Of a DNA stretch of 64,000 nt, positions 1-10,126 are shown in pieces; position 1 is the first letter of the stretch, and every line of letters starts with the position of its first letter. The notes below the pieces were generated by a model that did not search any database, had not been told where the DNA came from, and saw nothing but the letters and a program-made list of their open reading frames with translations. The stretch lies in contig CAVVVA010000002.1 in assembly GCA_963751565.1 (NCBI GenBank), positions 198,904 to 262,903 on the forward strand. The letters run 5' to 3'. This stretch comes from an uncultured Actinomycetes bacterium (GTDB lineage: Bacteria; Actinomycetota; Thermoleophilia; UBA2241). The position numbers and the translations under genes were made by a program.

Positions 1-1
1 A

Positions 2-217
2 CAGATCCGCGAGGCCAACGCCCTGTACGGCATCGGCATCGACCCCCTGGTCACGAGCATCCTCGAGACGCCGGAGGCCGGCGACCACATGCTGCTGCGC
101 GGCAGCCCGCCCGTGGGCACGTGCACCATCTGCGTGGGCAAGCGCGAGGTGGGCTGGCAGTCGCACTTTGGCGTCGTGCGCGCCCTGGACAACCTCAACT
201 TCTACCGGGGGCAGTGA
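2..217 (+). CDS. 3' end of an unidentified protein-coding gene (C-terminal ...GSPPVGTCTICVGKREVGWQSHFGVVRALDNLNFYRGQ*); product unknown
   Basis: Open frame 2 runs from the window edge to TGA at 215-217; CxxC near the C-terminus; stop lies 4 nt before the next gene's ATG. Family not recognised. Confidence 0.45.
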   Translation, partial: QIREANALYGIGIDPLVTSILETPEAGDHMLLRGSPPVGTCTICVGKREVGWQSHFGVVRALDNLNFYRGQ

Positions 218-221
218 ACCG

Positions 222-1403
<1,182 letters not shown>

Positions 1404-1417
1404 GAAGGAGCGCGAAC

Positions 1418-2329
1418 GTGACTGAAACCAACCTGAGCGAACTCGAACTGCCGGGTCTCGACTGCGGCCTGTGCGGCTTTCGTACCTGTACCGACATGGC
1501 GGCCGCGCTGCCCAACAAGCCCGACCTGCTCAAGCGCTGCATCCCGCTGGCGGCCGACTTCATGAACGTGCAAGCCGCTCCGGCCGGGTCGCGACCGGGC
1601 GACGAAGCACAGCCGGCCACAGCCGGCGCGCCGGTGGCGGCGTCGGCGCCATCGCTGAGCATCGTCAACGGCGAGGAGTGCTCGAGCTGCGATCCGGCGG
1701 CGGGCTGCGGCGCGGCCGTCAAGCACGGCTGGGGCAACGACGCCCCAGTGCTTGACGTGCCGGTCTTCGATCCCGCCATCGCCGACACCACCGCCTCGGA
1801 GACCACGGCCAACGCGGTCCCGCGCGACGTCCGCGTGAAGGTCGCCTCGTCGCTGCACAACGAGTGGCAGGACCACCTCGGCCGCGAGTTCGACTTCGTC
1901 CTCGACCACTTCCCCGAAGAGGCCGGGCCGCGCGAGCAGATCATCCCCCACAATCCCGTGATCACCCGCGAGCTCGAGATCGAGCCGGGCGAGATCCTGA
2001 TCGGCCGGCCGCTGGGCATCTCCTGCGGCTGCCCTATCACCCACTGCGGCATCGTGCAGAGCGTCGATAAGTTCACCGGCGCCATCGTCTGGTGCGTCAC
2101 CGGCCCGCTACACCCGCGTCAGCACGGCTTCAAGGACATCGCCTACTACTCGGCGCAGGCCTACGAGGGTCTGATCAACAAGGCGCGCACCGACGTCGAG
2201 ATCGGCCGCCGCTACTGGTTCCAGCCGCGCATGTGCATGATGCAGTGGCGCCACAGCGGCCTCGTGAACTTCTTGAACCGCGGCCCCGACGGCCTTCAGG
2301 TGCGCATCGAAGGGCTCTGGATCGGCTAG
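1418..2329 (+). CDS. Cys-rich protein with an N-terminal RnfB-type putative Fe-S cluster domain (CGLCGFRTCxxxAxxL) and an uncharacterised Cys-rich C-terminal domain
   Basis: GTG at 1418 preceded by AAGGAG (1404-1409); N-terminal motif LPGLDCGLCGFRTCTDMAAAL matches the Fe-S domain found at the N-terminus of RnfB (PF04060-like); C-terminal CSSCDPAAGC and SCGCPITHC clusters. Confidence 0.6.
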   Translation: MTETNLSELELPGLDCGLCGFRTCTDMAAALPNKPDLLKRCIPLAADFMNVQAAPAGSRPGDEAQPATAGAPVAASAPSLSIVNGEECSSCDPAAGCGAAVKHGWGNDAPVLDVPVFDPAIADTTASETTANAVPRDVRVKVASSLHNEWQDHLGREFDFVLDHFPEEAGPREQIIPHNPVITRELEIEPGEILIGRPLGISCGCPITHCGIVQSVDKFTGAIVWCVTGPLHPRQHGFKDIAYYSAQAYEGLINKARTDVEIGRRYWFQPRMCMMQWRHSGLVNFLNRGPDGLQVRIEGLWIG

Positions 2330-2361
2330 CGCCGCCGGCGCCCCAGCGGTGCGCTCCGGCG

Positions 2362-2394
2362 CCGCGGGCGCCGCCTGCAAGGCGGCGCCCGCGG
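2362..2394 (+). terminator. GC-rich hairpin (14-bp perfect stem ccgcgggcgccgcc / ggcggcgcccgcgg, loop tgcaa) downstream of the Fe-S protein gene
   Basis: Perfect inverted repeat read directly from the sequence; no clean U-tract follows, so intrinsic-terminator function is tentative. Confidence 0.4.
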
Positions 2395-2400
2395 TGGTCG

Positions 2401-2452
2401 GCGAAGTGGCCCCCGCCATGAGCACATGTGCTCATGGCGGGGGCCACTTCGC
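2401..2452. promoter_or_regulatory. 52-bp perfect palindrome (26+26, no loop): gcgaagtggcccccgccatgagcaca|tgtgctcatggcgggggccacttcgc
   Basis: Exact reverse-complement symmetry verified by hand; lies between the desulfurase/Fe-S operon and cysK; AT-richer core CATGAGCACATGTGCTCATG. Confidence 0.5.
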
Positions 2453-2504
2453 ATAAGAGATCCTCATTTGCCTTGCGCAACGGCCCGGAGCATACTGCCG
2501 CGGA

Positions 2505-2560
2505 GCAATACATGTGTTTGTTGATAGATTTACTGTGTTATATTCCCCTACGGCACCGTC
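2505..2560 (+). promoter_or_regulatory. locally AT-rich putative promoter region upstream of cysK (ttgata ... tatatt elements)
   Basis: Only markedly AT-rich stretch in this part of a ~70% GC window; -10-like tatatt about 35 nt upstream of the cysK ATG; spacing to candidate -35 elements is non-canonical. Confidence 0.3.
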
Positions 2561-2581
2561 GACCACGACACGGAGTGACAG

Positions 2582-3541
<960 letters not shown>

Positions 3542-3543
3542 GT

Positions 3544-3586
3544 GTTCTGAGTCACGACATTGTTCTGACTCACGACATTGTTGACA
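3544..3586. repeat. tandem direct repeat, 2 x 18 bp (gttctga[g/c]tcacgacatt) plus a partial third unit, just downstream of cysK
   Basis: Seen directly in the sequence; units contain the TGAGTCA/TGACTCA palindromic cores. Confidence 0.6.
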
Positions 3587-3587
3587 G

Positions 3588-3651
3588 GTGAGGGCCCGTC
3601 CTTCATCGGTTCGTGGCGCCCAAGCCAGAACCGAGAAGGGAGGCCCTCACG
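3588..3651. other. long-range inverted repeat (ggtgagggcc ... ggccctcac) enclosing about 45 nt; possible terminator or regulatory stem after cysK
   Basis: 9-10-bp perfect stem; followed by ggttcacggttcatgg. Confidence 0.3.
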
Positions 3652-3774
3652 GTTCACGGTTCATGGCAACGCGCGCCTGACCCGCCTTGGCAGACGTCTG
3701 CTCGTCGAACGTGGCGAGCAATGATGGACCATCGTCGCCGCCGCTCGGGCGGCGGCGCGCGATAGACTCCCCCC

Positions 3775-5028
3775 ATGAGACTGCCTGCCCGCCTCGACGT
3801 GTTGCGCCTGCGCAACTTTCGCAACCTGTTCATCGGTGAAGCCGTGTCGCTGCTGGGAGACGGCCTGTTCCCCGTGGCGCTCACCTTCGGCGTTCTCGAT
3901 CTGCACCACTCGGGCGCCGACGTCGGCATCGTGCTGGCCGCCTTCTCGTTGCCCATGGTGCTGTTCACGCTGATCGGCGGCGTGTGGTCCGACCGTCTGC
4001 GGCGGGAGTGGGTGATGATCGTCTCCGACCTGGTGCGCTTCGTCACCATGGCGGTCATCGCCGCACTGCTGCTCGGCGGCCGTGCCGAAGTCTGGAGCCT
4101 CGCCGTGCTGGGCTTCGTCTACGGCTGCGGCGACGCCTTCTTCTTTCCCGCCTACACCGCACTGATCCAGCAGATCGTGCCGCCCGACCGTCTGCAGGAA
4201 GCCAACGCCCTGCGCGGCATAGCCGACGGCTTCGGCTGGTTCGTCGGGCCGTCGATCTCGGGTCTCCTCGTCGCCCTGATCGGCGCCGGCGGGACTCTCG
4301 GCCTCGACGCCGTCACCTTTCTCGTCAGCGCCGGGTATCTGCTGACCCTGCGCGTGCCCGCTCTGCTGCGCGCCACGGCGCCGGCGACCTTCTTCGCCGA
4401 GTTGCGCGACGGCTGGCGCGAGGTGCGCTCGCGGACCTGGCTGTGGGTGATGATGCTGCGCGCCATGCTCGTGCTGTTCGTGACCATCGCGCCGCTCCAG
4501 GTGCTCGGCCCGCTGGCGATCACGGCCCGACACGAGAGCCCCGCGCTCTGGGGCCTTATGGTGGGGCTCTTCAGCCTCGGCATGCTCGGCGGCGGCCTGA
4601 TCGCCCTGTACTACCGGCCGCGGCGGCCGATGGTGACCGCCGCCCTGTGCGGCACGACGGCCTCGGTGCCCATGATCGCCCTGGCGCTCAGGCTCTCACC
4701 GGCCGGGCTCATCGCCGTCTGGTTTGCCCGCGGCGTCGCCATCGGCGTGCTCGACGCGGTCTGGAACACCACCCTGCAGGTCCGCATCGCTCCCGACTCG
4801 ATGGCCCGCGTGAGCAGCTGGGACTGGATGACGGCCGGCGGCCTGTGGCCCCTCGGACTGGTGCTCGCCGGACCGATCGCCCAGCTCATGGGCGTCACCG
4901 ACGCGCTGTGGCTGTCGGGGGCGCTGGGGCTGGCCTGCTCCCTGTGGGTCCTGTTCGTGAGGGACGTGTGGCGGCTGCGGGCGCTCCCGCCCGCAGCCGC
5001 CACGTCGGCGCCGGCGCCGACCGCCTGA
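3775..5028 (+). CDS. MFS transporter (12 predicted TM segments; enterobactin-exporter EntS-like subfamily)
   Basis: Hydrophobic periodicity and the FRNLFIGEAVSLLGDG N-terminus; paralog of the 62280..63722 gene. Confidence 0.85.
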   Translation: MRLPARLDVLRLRNFRNLFIGEAVSLLGDGLFPVALTFGVLDLHHSGADVGIVLAAFSLPMVLFTLIGGVWSDRLRREWVMIVSDLVRFVTMAVIAALLLGGRAEVWSLAVLGFVYGCGDAFFFPAYTALIQQIVPPDRLQEANALRGIADGFGWFVGPSISGLLVALIGAGGTLGLDAVTFLVSAGYLLTLRVPALLRATAPATFFAELRDGWREVRSRTWLWVMMLRAMLVLFVTIAPLQVLGPLAITARHESPALWGLMVGLFSLGMLGGGLIALYYRPRRPMVTAALCGTTASVPMIALALRLSPAGLIAVWFARGVAIGVLDAVWNTTLQVRIAPDSMARVSSWDWMTAGGLWPLGLVLAGPIAQLMGVTDALWLSGALGLACSLWVLFVRDVWRLRALPPAAATSAPAPTA

Positions 5029-5090
5029 CGGCGCGAAGCCGCGACGCCGGCGCTGGCACGGTGCGGCCGGCGTCGGCTACGCTGTAGGCT

Positions 5091-5783
5091 ATGAGGATTG
5101 CGTTTCTCGGCGACAGCCTGACCGAGGGCCGGCCCGGCGAGTCGTTCCTCGCGCGCCTGCGCGCCCTGCTGCCCGGCGACGAGCTGCTCAACTACGGCCG
5201 CGCCGGCGACACAGTGCCGGCGCTGCTCGCACGACTCGAGCGCACTGCTCTCGAGCCGGTCGATCTGGCGGTCGTCTGGATCGGGGTCAACGACGCCTTC
5301 GTGGGCGACTGGTACCTGCCGGAGCTGGACGAGCTCGAGGGCGGCGGCGGGCCGGGCGGGGCCGTCGGCCCCGTCCGGCCCGCCGCCGCCGACCCACAGC
5401 GCTCCGGGGCCCACCCGTCGCGCTCCGCCGCCGGCCACCCTCTGGGTCCGACCTACGACCGCGTTCTCGACATCGCCCTCACACACGCGGCGCTGGCCGT
5501 CTGCGTCCCGCCGGTCCTGCCCGACCCGTTCGAACAGGGTGGCGTCGCCGGGCGCGTCGCCGGGATCGGCGCGATGATCGTCGACACGGCGGCGGCGCGG
5601 GGCTCACGGGTGCGAGTGTTCCACCTGGCGCCGGTCTTTGCCGCCGCAGCCGCTGCGACAGGCTACGGGTTCACGATCGACGGTGTGCACCTGAGCGCCC
5701 GGGGCGCCGACGTCGTGGCGGCGGCCTTCGGCGACCTCGTCGCCACGCTGCGCCGCGAACGCCCGGTCACGGAGTCCGGCTGA
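5091..5783 (+). CDS. SGNH/GDSL-family hydrolase
   Basis: N-terminal IAFLGDSLTEG block (GDSL motif) and C-terminal DGVHLS (DxxH) block. Confidence 0.7.
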   Translation: MRIAFLGDSLTEGRPGESFLARLRALLPGDELLNYGRAGDTVPALLARLERTALEPVDLAVVWIGVNDAFVGDWYLPELDELEGGGGPGGAVGPVRPAAADPQRSGAHPSRSAAGHPLGPTYDRVLDIALTHAALAVCVPPVLPDPFEQGGVAGRVAGIGAMIVDTAAARGSRVRVFHLAPVFAAAAAATGYGFTIDGVHLSARGADVVAAAFGDLVATLRRERPVTESG

Positions 5784-5820
5784 ACGCCCACGTGGGCGGA
5801 CGGCACGGGTAGACGGAAGG

Positions 5821-5900
5821 GGCGGGCAGCGCAACAGGGGAGCGTGGCCGGGCAGGGCAGCAGGGGAGCGCCGGCGGGCGGCAGGGGCAGCGCGGCCGGA
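5821..5900. repeat. degenerate GC-rich tandem repeats (gggcagcg / caggggagcg units) in the GDSL-DUF5131 intergenic region
   Basis: Imperfect roughly 24-bp repeats visible by eye. Confidence 0.35.
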
Positions 5901-5964
5901 CGGCGCGGCCGGGCGGCGGGGGCAACGCCCCCGCCGCCCGGCGGCGCTGCTACACTTCCAGGTC

Positions 5965-6741
5965 ATGCAGACGGTCTCTCGTCGCTGGCAGTCGTGGAAC
6001 CCGGTCACGGGCTGCACCCACGTGTCCGCCGGCTGCGCTCACTGCTACGCCGAACGGTTCGCCGAGCGCTGGCGCGGCCTTCCGGGGCACCACTACGAGC
6101 ACGGCTTCGACCTGATGCTGCGGCCCGAACGGCTCGAGCTGCCGCTGCACTGGCGAACGCCGCGGCGCGTATTCGTGACCTCCATGGGCGATCTGTTCCA
6201 CGAAGAGGTCCCCGACGACTACGTGCGCCGGGTCTTCGCGGTCATGGAGCAGGCCCGCTGGCACGTGTTTCACGTCCTGACCAAGCGCGAGGGGCGGCTG
6301 CTCGCGCTCTCGACCGAACTGCCCTGGCCGGCCAACGTCCACCTGGGCGTGACCGTCGAGAGCATGGCCTGTGCGCGGCGCGCCGACGCGCTGCGCGCCG
6401 TGCCGGCGGCGGTGCGGCACATCAGTGCCGAACCGCTGCTCGGACCGCTCGACGAGCTCGACCTGACGGGGATCGACTGGGTGATCGCCGGCGGCGAGTC
6501 GGGGCCTGCGCGCCGTCCCCCGCGGCCGGAGTGGCTGCGCGGCCTGCGCGACCACTGCCTGGCCACGGGTGTGGCATTCATGTTCAAGGGATGGGGCGGC
6601 CGCGTCCAGAACGCCCGGGGGAGGATGCTCGACGGCCGCGAGTGGAACGAGCGGCCGTCGGACCCGGCGTTCGACGAGGCCGGCGCGACCGCCGACTCCG
6701 TCGGGGTCGCGCGTCAGGCCACTCTCTGGGATGCGCCCTGA
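5965..6741 (+). CDS. DUF5131 / phage Gp37-Gp68 family protein (three-Cys-motif, radical-SAM-like)
   Basis: CTHVSAGCAHCY (Cx6Cx2C) near the N-terminus, then ...ISAEPLLGPLD...IDWVIAGGESG, characteristic of the Gp37/Gp68 family. Confidence 0.75.
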   Translation: MQTVSRRWQSWNPVTGCTHVSAGCAHCYAERFAERWRGLPGHHYEHGFDLMLRPERLELPLHWRTPRRVFVTSMGDLFHEEVPDDYVRRVFAVMEQARWHVFHVLTKREGRLLALSTELPWPANVHLGVTVESMACARRADALRAVPAAVRHISAEPLLGPLDELDLTGIDWVIAGGESGPARRPPRPEWLRGLRDHCLATGVAFMFKGWGGRVQNARGRMLDGREWNERPSDPAFDEAGATADSVGVARQATLWDAP

Positions 6742-6896
6742 GGCGCGTCGGCCGTGGGCGCCGGCTGCGGCGCCGGCTCACGGCGGCCTTCGCCGACGGT
6801 CTCGACTTCGTGTCCGCCGCAGTGTGGGCACAGCGTCATGCTGACGCTGCTCTCGGCGACCACGCGAGAGAGTTCGAAGCGATGCCCGCACGACAT
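6714..6896 (-). CDS. FmdB-family zinc-ribbon protein (CxxC...CxxC)
   Basis: MSCGHRFE...CPHCGG pattern; start taken at the internal ATG at 6896, but an upstream TTG/CTG is possible. Confidence 0.5.
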   Translation of the reverse strand: MSCGHRFELSRVVAESSVSMTLCPHCGGHEVETVGEGRREPAPQPAPTADAPQGASQRVA

Positions 6897-7058
6897 GCAG
6901 GCAAACAGGCGTGTTGGACTCAAGTGAACCTCCTGGATGGTGGCAGCCGTCAGTGCCGATGGTGGCAGAGGGGTGTGCGGACGGCGATAGCGACTCGTGA
7001 ATGAGCAGTCAGTGTACGCTCTCGCGAGCATGAACGCCACGGCAATCGGTCAGGCAGG

Positions 7059-7763
7059 CTACGATCGCTCCATGACGATCGTGAACGACCCCTCGTTCGC
7101 CTTGGTGCCCGACAGCAACAGGCGATCGTCGCTGCCGCGGTAGCTGAACGACAGCCTCGCGCCGAGGCTCTCGGCAAGCTTCTCGACGGTCTCGCCCTGG
7201 GGTCCGAGAGCGCCGTAGTCGATCACCAGCTTCTTGTCGCTGATCATGCCGGGCAAAGACTGTCGCTGGCCGTTCTGGCCGACGAAGACGATCGTGAAGC
7301 TGTCGCCCTGGCGCGTGATCACGACCTTGTCTGCGGTGTTGCCCGTGTAGGCCCAGGTCCCCACGTACTTCTGCGGGTCGGCCGACGGGAACAAGCGCGG
7401 CACCGCGACGAGCGCGACGAGCGCCGCGACGACCACGACGACCGCCGCGATGACGATCGCCTTGACAGGCCCCGACCGAGGCGGCGTGCCTCCGAAGCGA
7501 GAGGGCGACGGCGTCTCGGTGCGGCCGGCCGGCGGCGGAGTCGCCCCTGCCGTGTCCCAGTTCGCCCCCGTGTCGAACGGCGACGGCGGATCGATCCAGC
7601 TCGTCTCAGACGCGAAGGGCGACGGCGCGGAGGCGGCCGGCGCGGTCGGCGGTGCGGCGCTGCTCGGCGTCCCCCGGGTCGGTGTCCCGGTCGGCGTCCC
7701 GCAGGTCGTGCAGTGTGTCGCGCCTTCGCGCAGACCAGTGCCACAGACGGCACATGAAGCCAT
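7059..7763 (-). CDS. membrane-anchored protein: N-terminal zinc ribbon (CAVCG...CTTCG), Pro/Thr-rich linker, one TM helix, extracytoplasmic domain
   Basis: Domain layout read from the translation; no family assignment. Confidence 0.55.
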   Translation of the reverse strand: MASCAVCGTGLREGATHCTTCGTPTGTPTRGTPSSAAPPTAPAASAPSPFASETSWIDPPSPFDTGANWDTAGATPPPAGRTETPSPSRFGGTPPRSGPVKAIVIAAVVVVVAALVALVAVPRLFPSADPQKYVGTWAYTGNTADKVVITRQGDSFTIVFVGQNGQRQSLPGMISDKKLVIDYGALGPQGETVEKLAESLGARLSFSYRGSDDRLLLSGTKANEGSFTIVMERS

Positions 7764-7926
7764 CGTCTCTCTCCCGCTGTCGACTACGAACCTCGGGGAG
7801 GTATCGGAACGTACGCCGCCGAGCTGAAATCGGGGTGTGGGAGCGGGCAGCGGACGGTCCGGCGGCGGGATCGCCGACCCAGCACCCGTCCGGAGGATCC
7901 GTCACCAACCTGTGTGGGAGCTGCAG

Positions 7927-8814
7927 CTAGCGCTGCCCCGTCTCGCGTTTGAACTTCTCGAGGAAGGCGTCGTAGTCGCGGTCGATCAGATCGGCGTCGG
8001 GCAGGCGCGCGGGAGCGCCCGAAGGGTCGTCGAGAGCGCGCGAGCCGGCCGGTGTGCCGGCCGCCGTGCCGTCGGCCGCCTCGTCGGCAGCCGCATCGAG
8101 CGTGCCGGCGTCCGTATCCTCCTGTGGCGGGGCGTCTCGTGGCGGGGCGTCTCGTGGCGGGGCGTCTCGTGGCGAAGCGTCGCCGAGCGCATCGCCGTCG
8201 CCGTAGCGGCCCGGGTCGCGCCGCTCCCTGATGTCGACCAGCGCGTCGACCACCCAGGGCTTGGCGTCGCGGTCTCGCAGGCTCATCTGGAGGCGTTCGA
8301 CGGCGGGCTCGCCGATGTCGACGAGCATCTCGGAGGCCGCCTGCTTGAGCCGCTCGTCGCCGGGCCCCTCGAGGACCTCGATCAGCCCCAGGACGAGGTC
8401 GCCCTGGCGCATGGCGTCCAGGACGGAAAGCGCGTTCTCGGTGCGCGGCGGCACGTTGGGGCTGCGGGTCGCCGCCTCGAGCAGGGCGCCGACCGCGCCG
8501 GCCACCGAGATCACGTCGCGCAGGCTGAGATCTGGGGGCGCTTCGCCCAGCGCGGCTCCGAGGAGCACCTCGACCACGCCCGGGCCGCGGCGGATCATCT
8601 TGGCGGAAACCTCGTTCAGCAGCGGCAGCGTGCTCGCGTCGAGCGGCAGGTCGAGGAGCGCCACGAGAACCTCGTCGGCGGTGCCGTCGTCGGCCTCGTC
8701 GACGAACTCGGCGAGCTGCTCCTCGGCATACTCCAGAGCGTCGGGGTCGCCCTCGTCCAGCGCGTCGGTGAACGCGTCGACGAGCTGGCGGGCAACCGCG
8801 ACATCCGGGTCCAT
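7927..8814 (-). CDS. HEAT-repeat (PBS-lyase-like) protein with internal PRDAP tandem repeats
   Basis: Repeated ...ALLDL..D...VR..A..AL... helical-repeat pattern; encodes PRDAPPRDAPPRDAP. Confidence 0.6.
   Translation of the reverse strand: MDPDVAVARQLVDAFTDALDEGDPDALEYAEEQLAEFVDEADDGTADEVLVALLDLPLDASTLPLLNEVSAKMIRRGPGVVEVLLGAALGEAPPDLSLRDVISVAGAVGALLEAATRSPNVPPRTENALSVLDAMRQGDLVLGLIEVLEGPGDERLKQAASEMLVDIGEPAVERLQMSLRDRDAKPWVVDALVDIRERRDPGRYGDGDALGDASPRDAPPRDAPPRDAPPQEDTDAGTLDAAADEAADGTAAGTPAGSRALDDPSGAPARLPDADLIDRDYDAFLEKFKRETGQR
8124..8183. repeat. 15-bp tandem repeat x about 4 (tggcggggcgtctcg) inside the HEAT-repeat gene
   Basis: Seen in the sequence; encodes the PRDAP repeats on the minus strand. 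Confidence 0.7.
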
Positions 8815-8940
8815 GGCGCCATGGTAGCGGGCAACGGCCGGGGCGTCACGCCAAGGTGTACGGGCCCACCGCTCGGGCTATGCTACGGAGAAGAAGACGA
8901 GGGGCGGTCGCGCGCCCGCCCCGCAAGCGACGGAGACGAC

Positions 8941-9927
8941 ATGCCGCTCGGAGGATTCTGCGAGGTCTGCGACCGCTGGGTGTGGCTCACACCCTACGGC
9001 GCCTGCGAGAACGGCCACCCGGCCACGGCGGTGCGCGACGTGCAGCAGCTCAAGGCGAGCACCGCGACCGGAGTCGCGCCCTACGAGGGCGAGTACGCGC
9101 CTTTCTCGCCGGGCAAGGCGCGCTTCCGGTTCTGGTGGCGTCATTCGCTGTGGATCGGCTGGACCTTCACGCTCGGCTTCTTCAACTGGCTCGCGTTCAT
9201 GTACATAGGCATCCGCGCCCGCCACGCCGCCTGGACCCTCGCCGGATTTGCCTATCTCATGCCGCTGATCCTGACGGCGGCGTCGTTCGGCACGCCGCTG
9301 TTCCGCGGCTTCGCCGCCCTGCAGCTGTTCGTCTCGGCCGCCTCGGTGGCCCACGCGCTCTATCTGCGGCCCTACTACCGTGCCGTGATGTTCGGCGACG
9401 CGCCGCGCTACTCGCTGCCGGCGCCCCCGCAAGACCCGCGCCTGCTGCCGCCGGCCGAACGCCCGGCCCTGCCGGGGGGCATCGACGAGGCGGCGGGCGA
9501 GGTCATCCTCGCCGCCCGCCGCCAGGTCGACGCCGTGCGCGAGACGGCCGGCGCGATCGGCAAGCGCGCCGTGCAGGACAAAGTCGTGCAGCTCTGCCAG
9601 ACCGCCGACCAGATCCTGAACGAGCTCGCCACCAAGCCCCGCAAGGTCGACGCGGCGCGCAGCTTTCTGACCTACTACTTAGACGCGGCGCAACGCATCG
9701 TCGACGGGTACGCCATGCTGGCCTCACGACCGACGAGCTCGCCCGACATCGCCCGCGCCCTGACCCGCGCCGAGGACTCGCTCGACAGTGTCCAGACCGC
9801 CTTCGACCGGCAGCTCGCCAGCGTGCTCGAAGACCGCGTGCTCGACCTCGAAAGCGAGATCGAGCTGCTCGAGAAGACCGTCCACCTGGACGACTTCTAC
9901 AGTCAGACCGGAGGGCTCGAAACGTAG
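8941..9927 (+). CDS. XpaC-like protein (5-bromo-4-chloroindolyl phosphate hydrolysis protein family) with N-terminal zinc ribbon and two TM segments
   Basis: ATG at 8941 after GGAG; N-terminal CEVCDRW...CENGH; TM helices; the C-terminal ...FLTYYLDAAQRIVDGYAML... region resembles XpaC/halo-P-hydrolysis proteins that usually pair with TelA. Confidence 0.55.
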   Translation: MPLGGFCEVCDRWVWLTPYGACENGHPATAVRDVQQLKASTATGVAPYEGEYAPFSPGKARFRFWWRHSLWIGWTFTLGFFNWLAFMYIGIRARHAAWTLAGFAYLMPLILTAASFGTPLFRGFAALQLFVSAASVAHALYLRPYYRAVMFGDAPRYSLPAPPQDPRLLPPAERPALPGGIDEAAGEVILAARRQVDAVRETAGAIGKRAVQDKVVQLCQTADQILNELATKPRKVDAARSFLTYYLDAAQRIVDGYAMLASRPTSSPDIARALTRAEDSLDSVQTAFDRQLASVLEDRVLDLESEIELLEKTVHLDDFYSQTGGLET

Positions 9928-10126
9928 AGACAGCCGAGGCCGAAGGGCCTGCGCAGTCCCGCCGGCGCGGGCGCGGGCGACGTGGCGGCGCCGGCGCCGG
10001 CGCCACGGATGATCTCCGTGGGCCGGGTGTAGACTCGCCCCGAACGCGACCGGCCGCCCGGCGCATGTTCGGCGATCGCCGCCGCGGGTACAGGAGACCC
10101 GAGGTCTGAAGCGAGACTGGGAGACG

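Noticed and set aside
5965-6741. Possible prophage because of the phage Gp37/Gp68-family gene
   Set aside because: No capsid, terminase, tail or intact integrase genes are nearby. DUF5131 genes are common as isolated chromosomal genes.
5844-7004. 386-aa ORF across the GDSL / DUF5131 / FmdB region
   Set aside because: Low-complexity Arg/Ala/Gly product that overlaps three better-supported genes on both strands.
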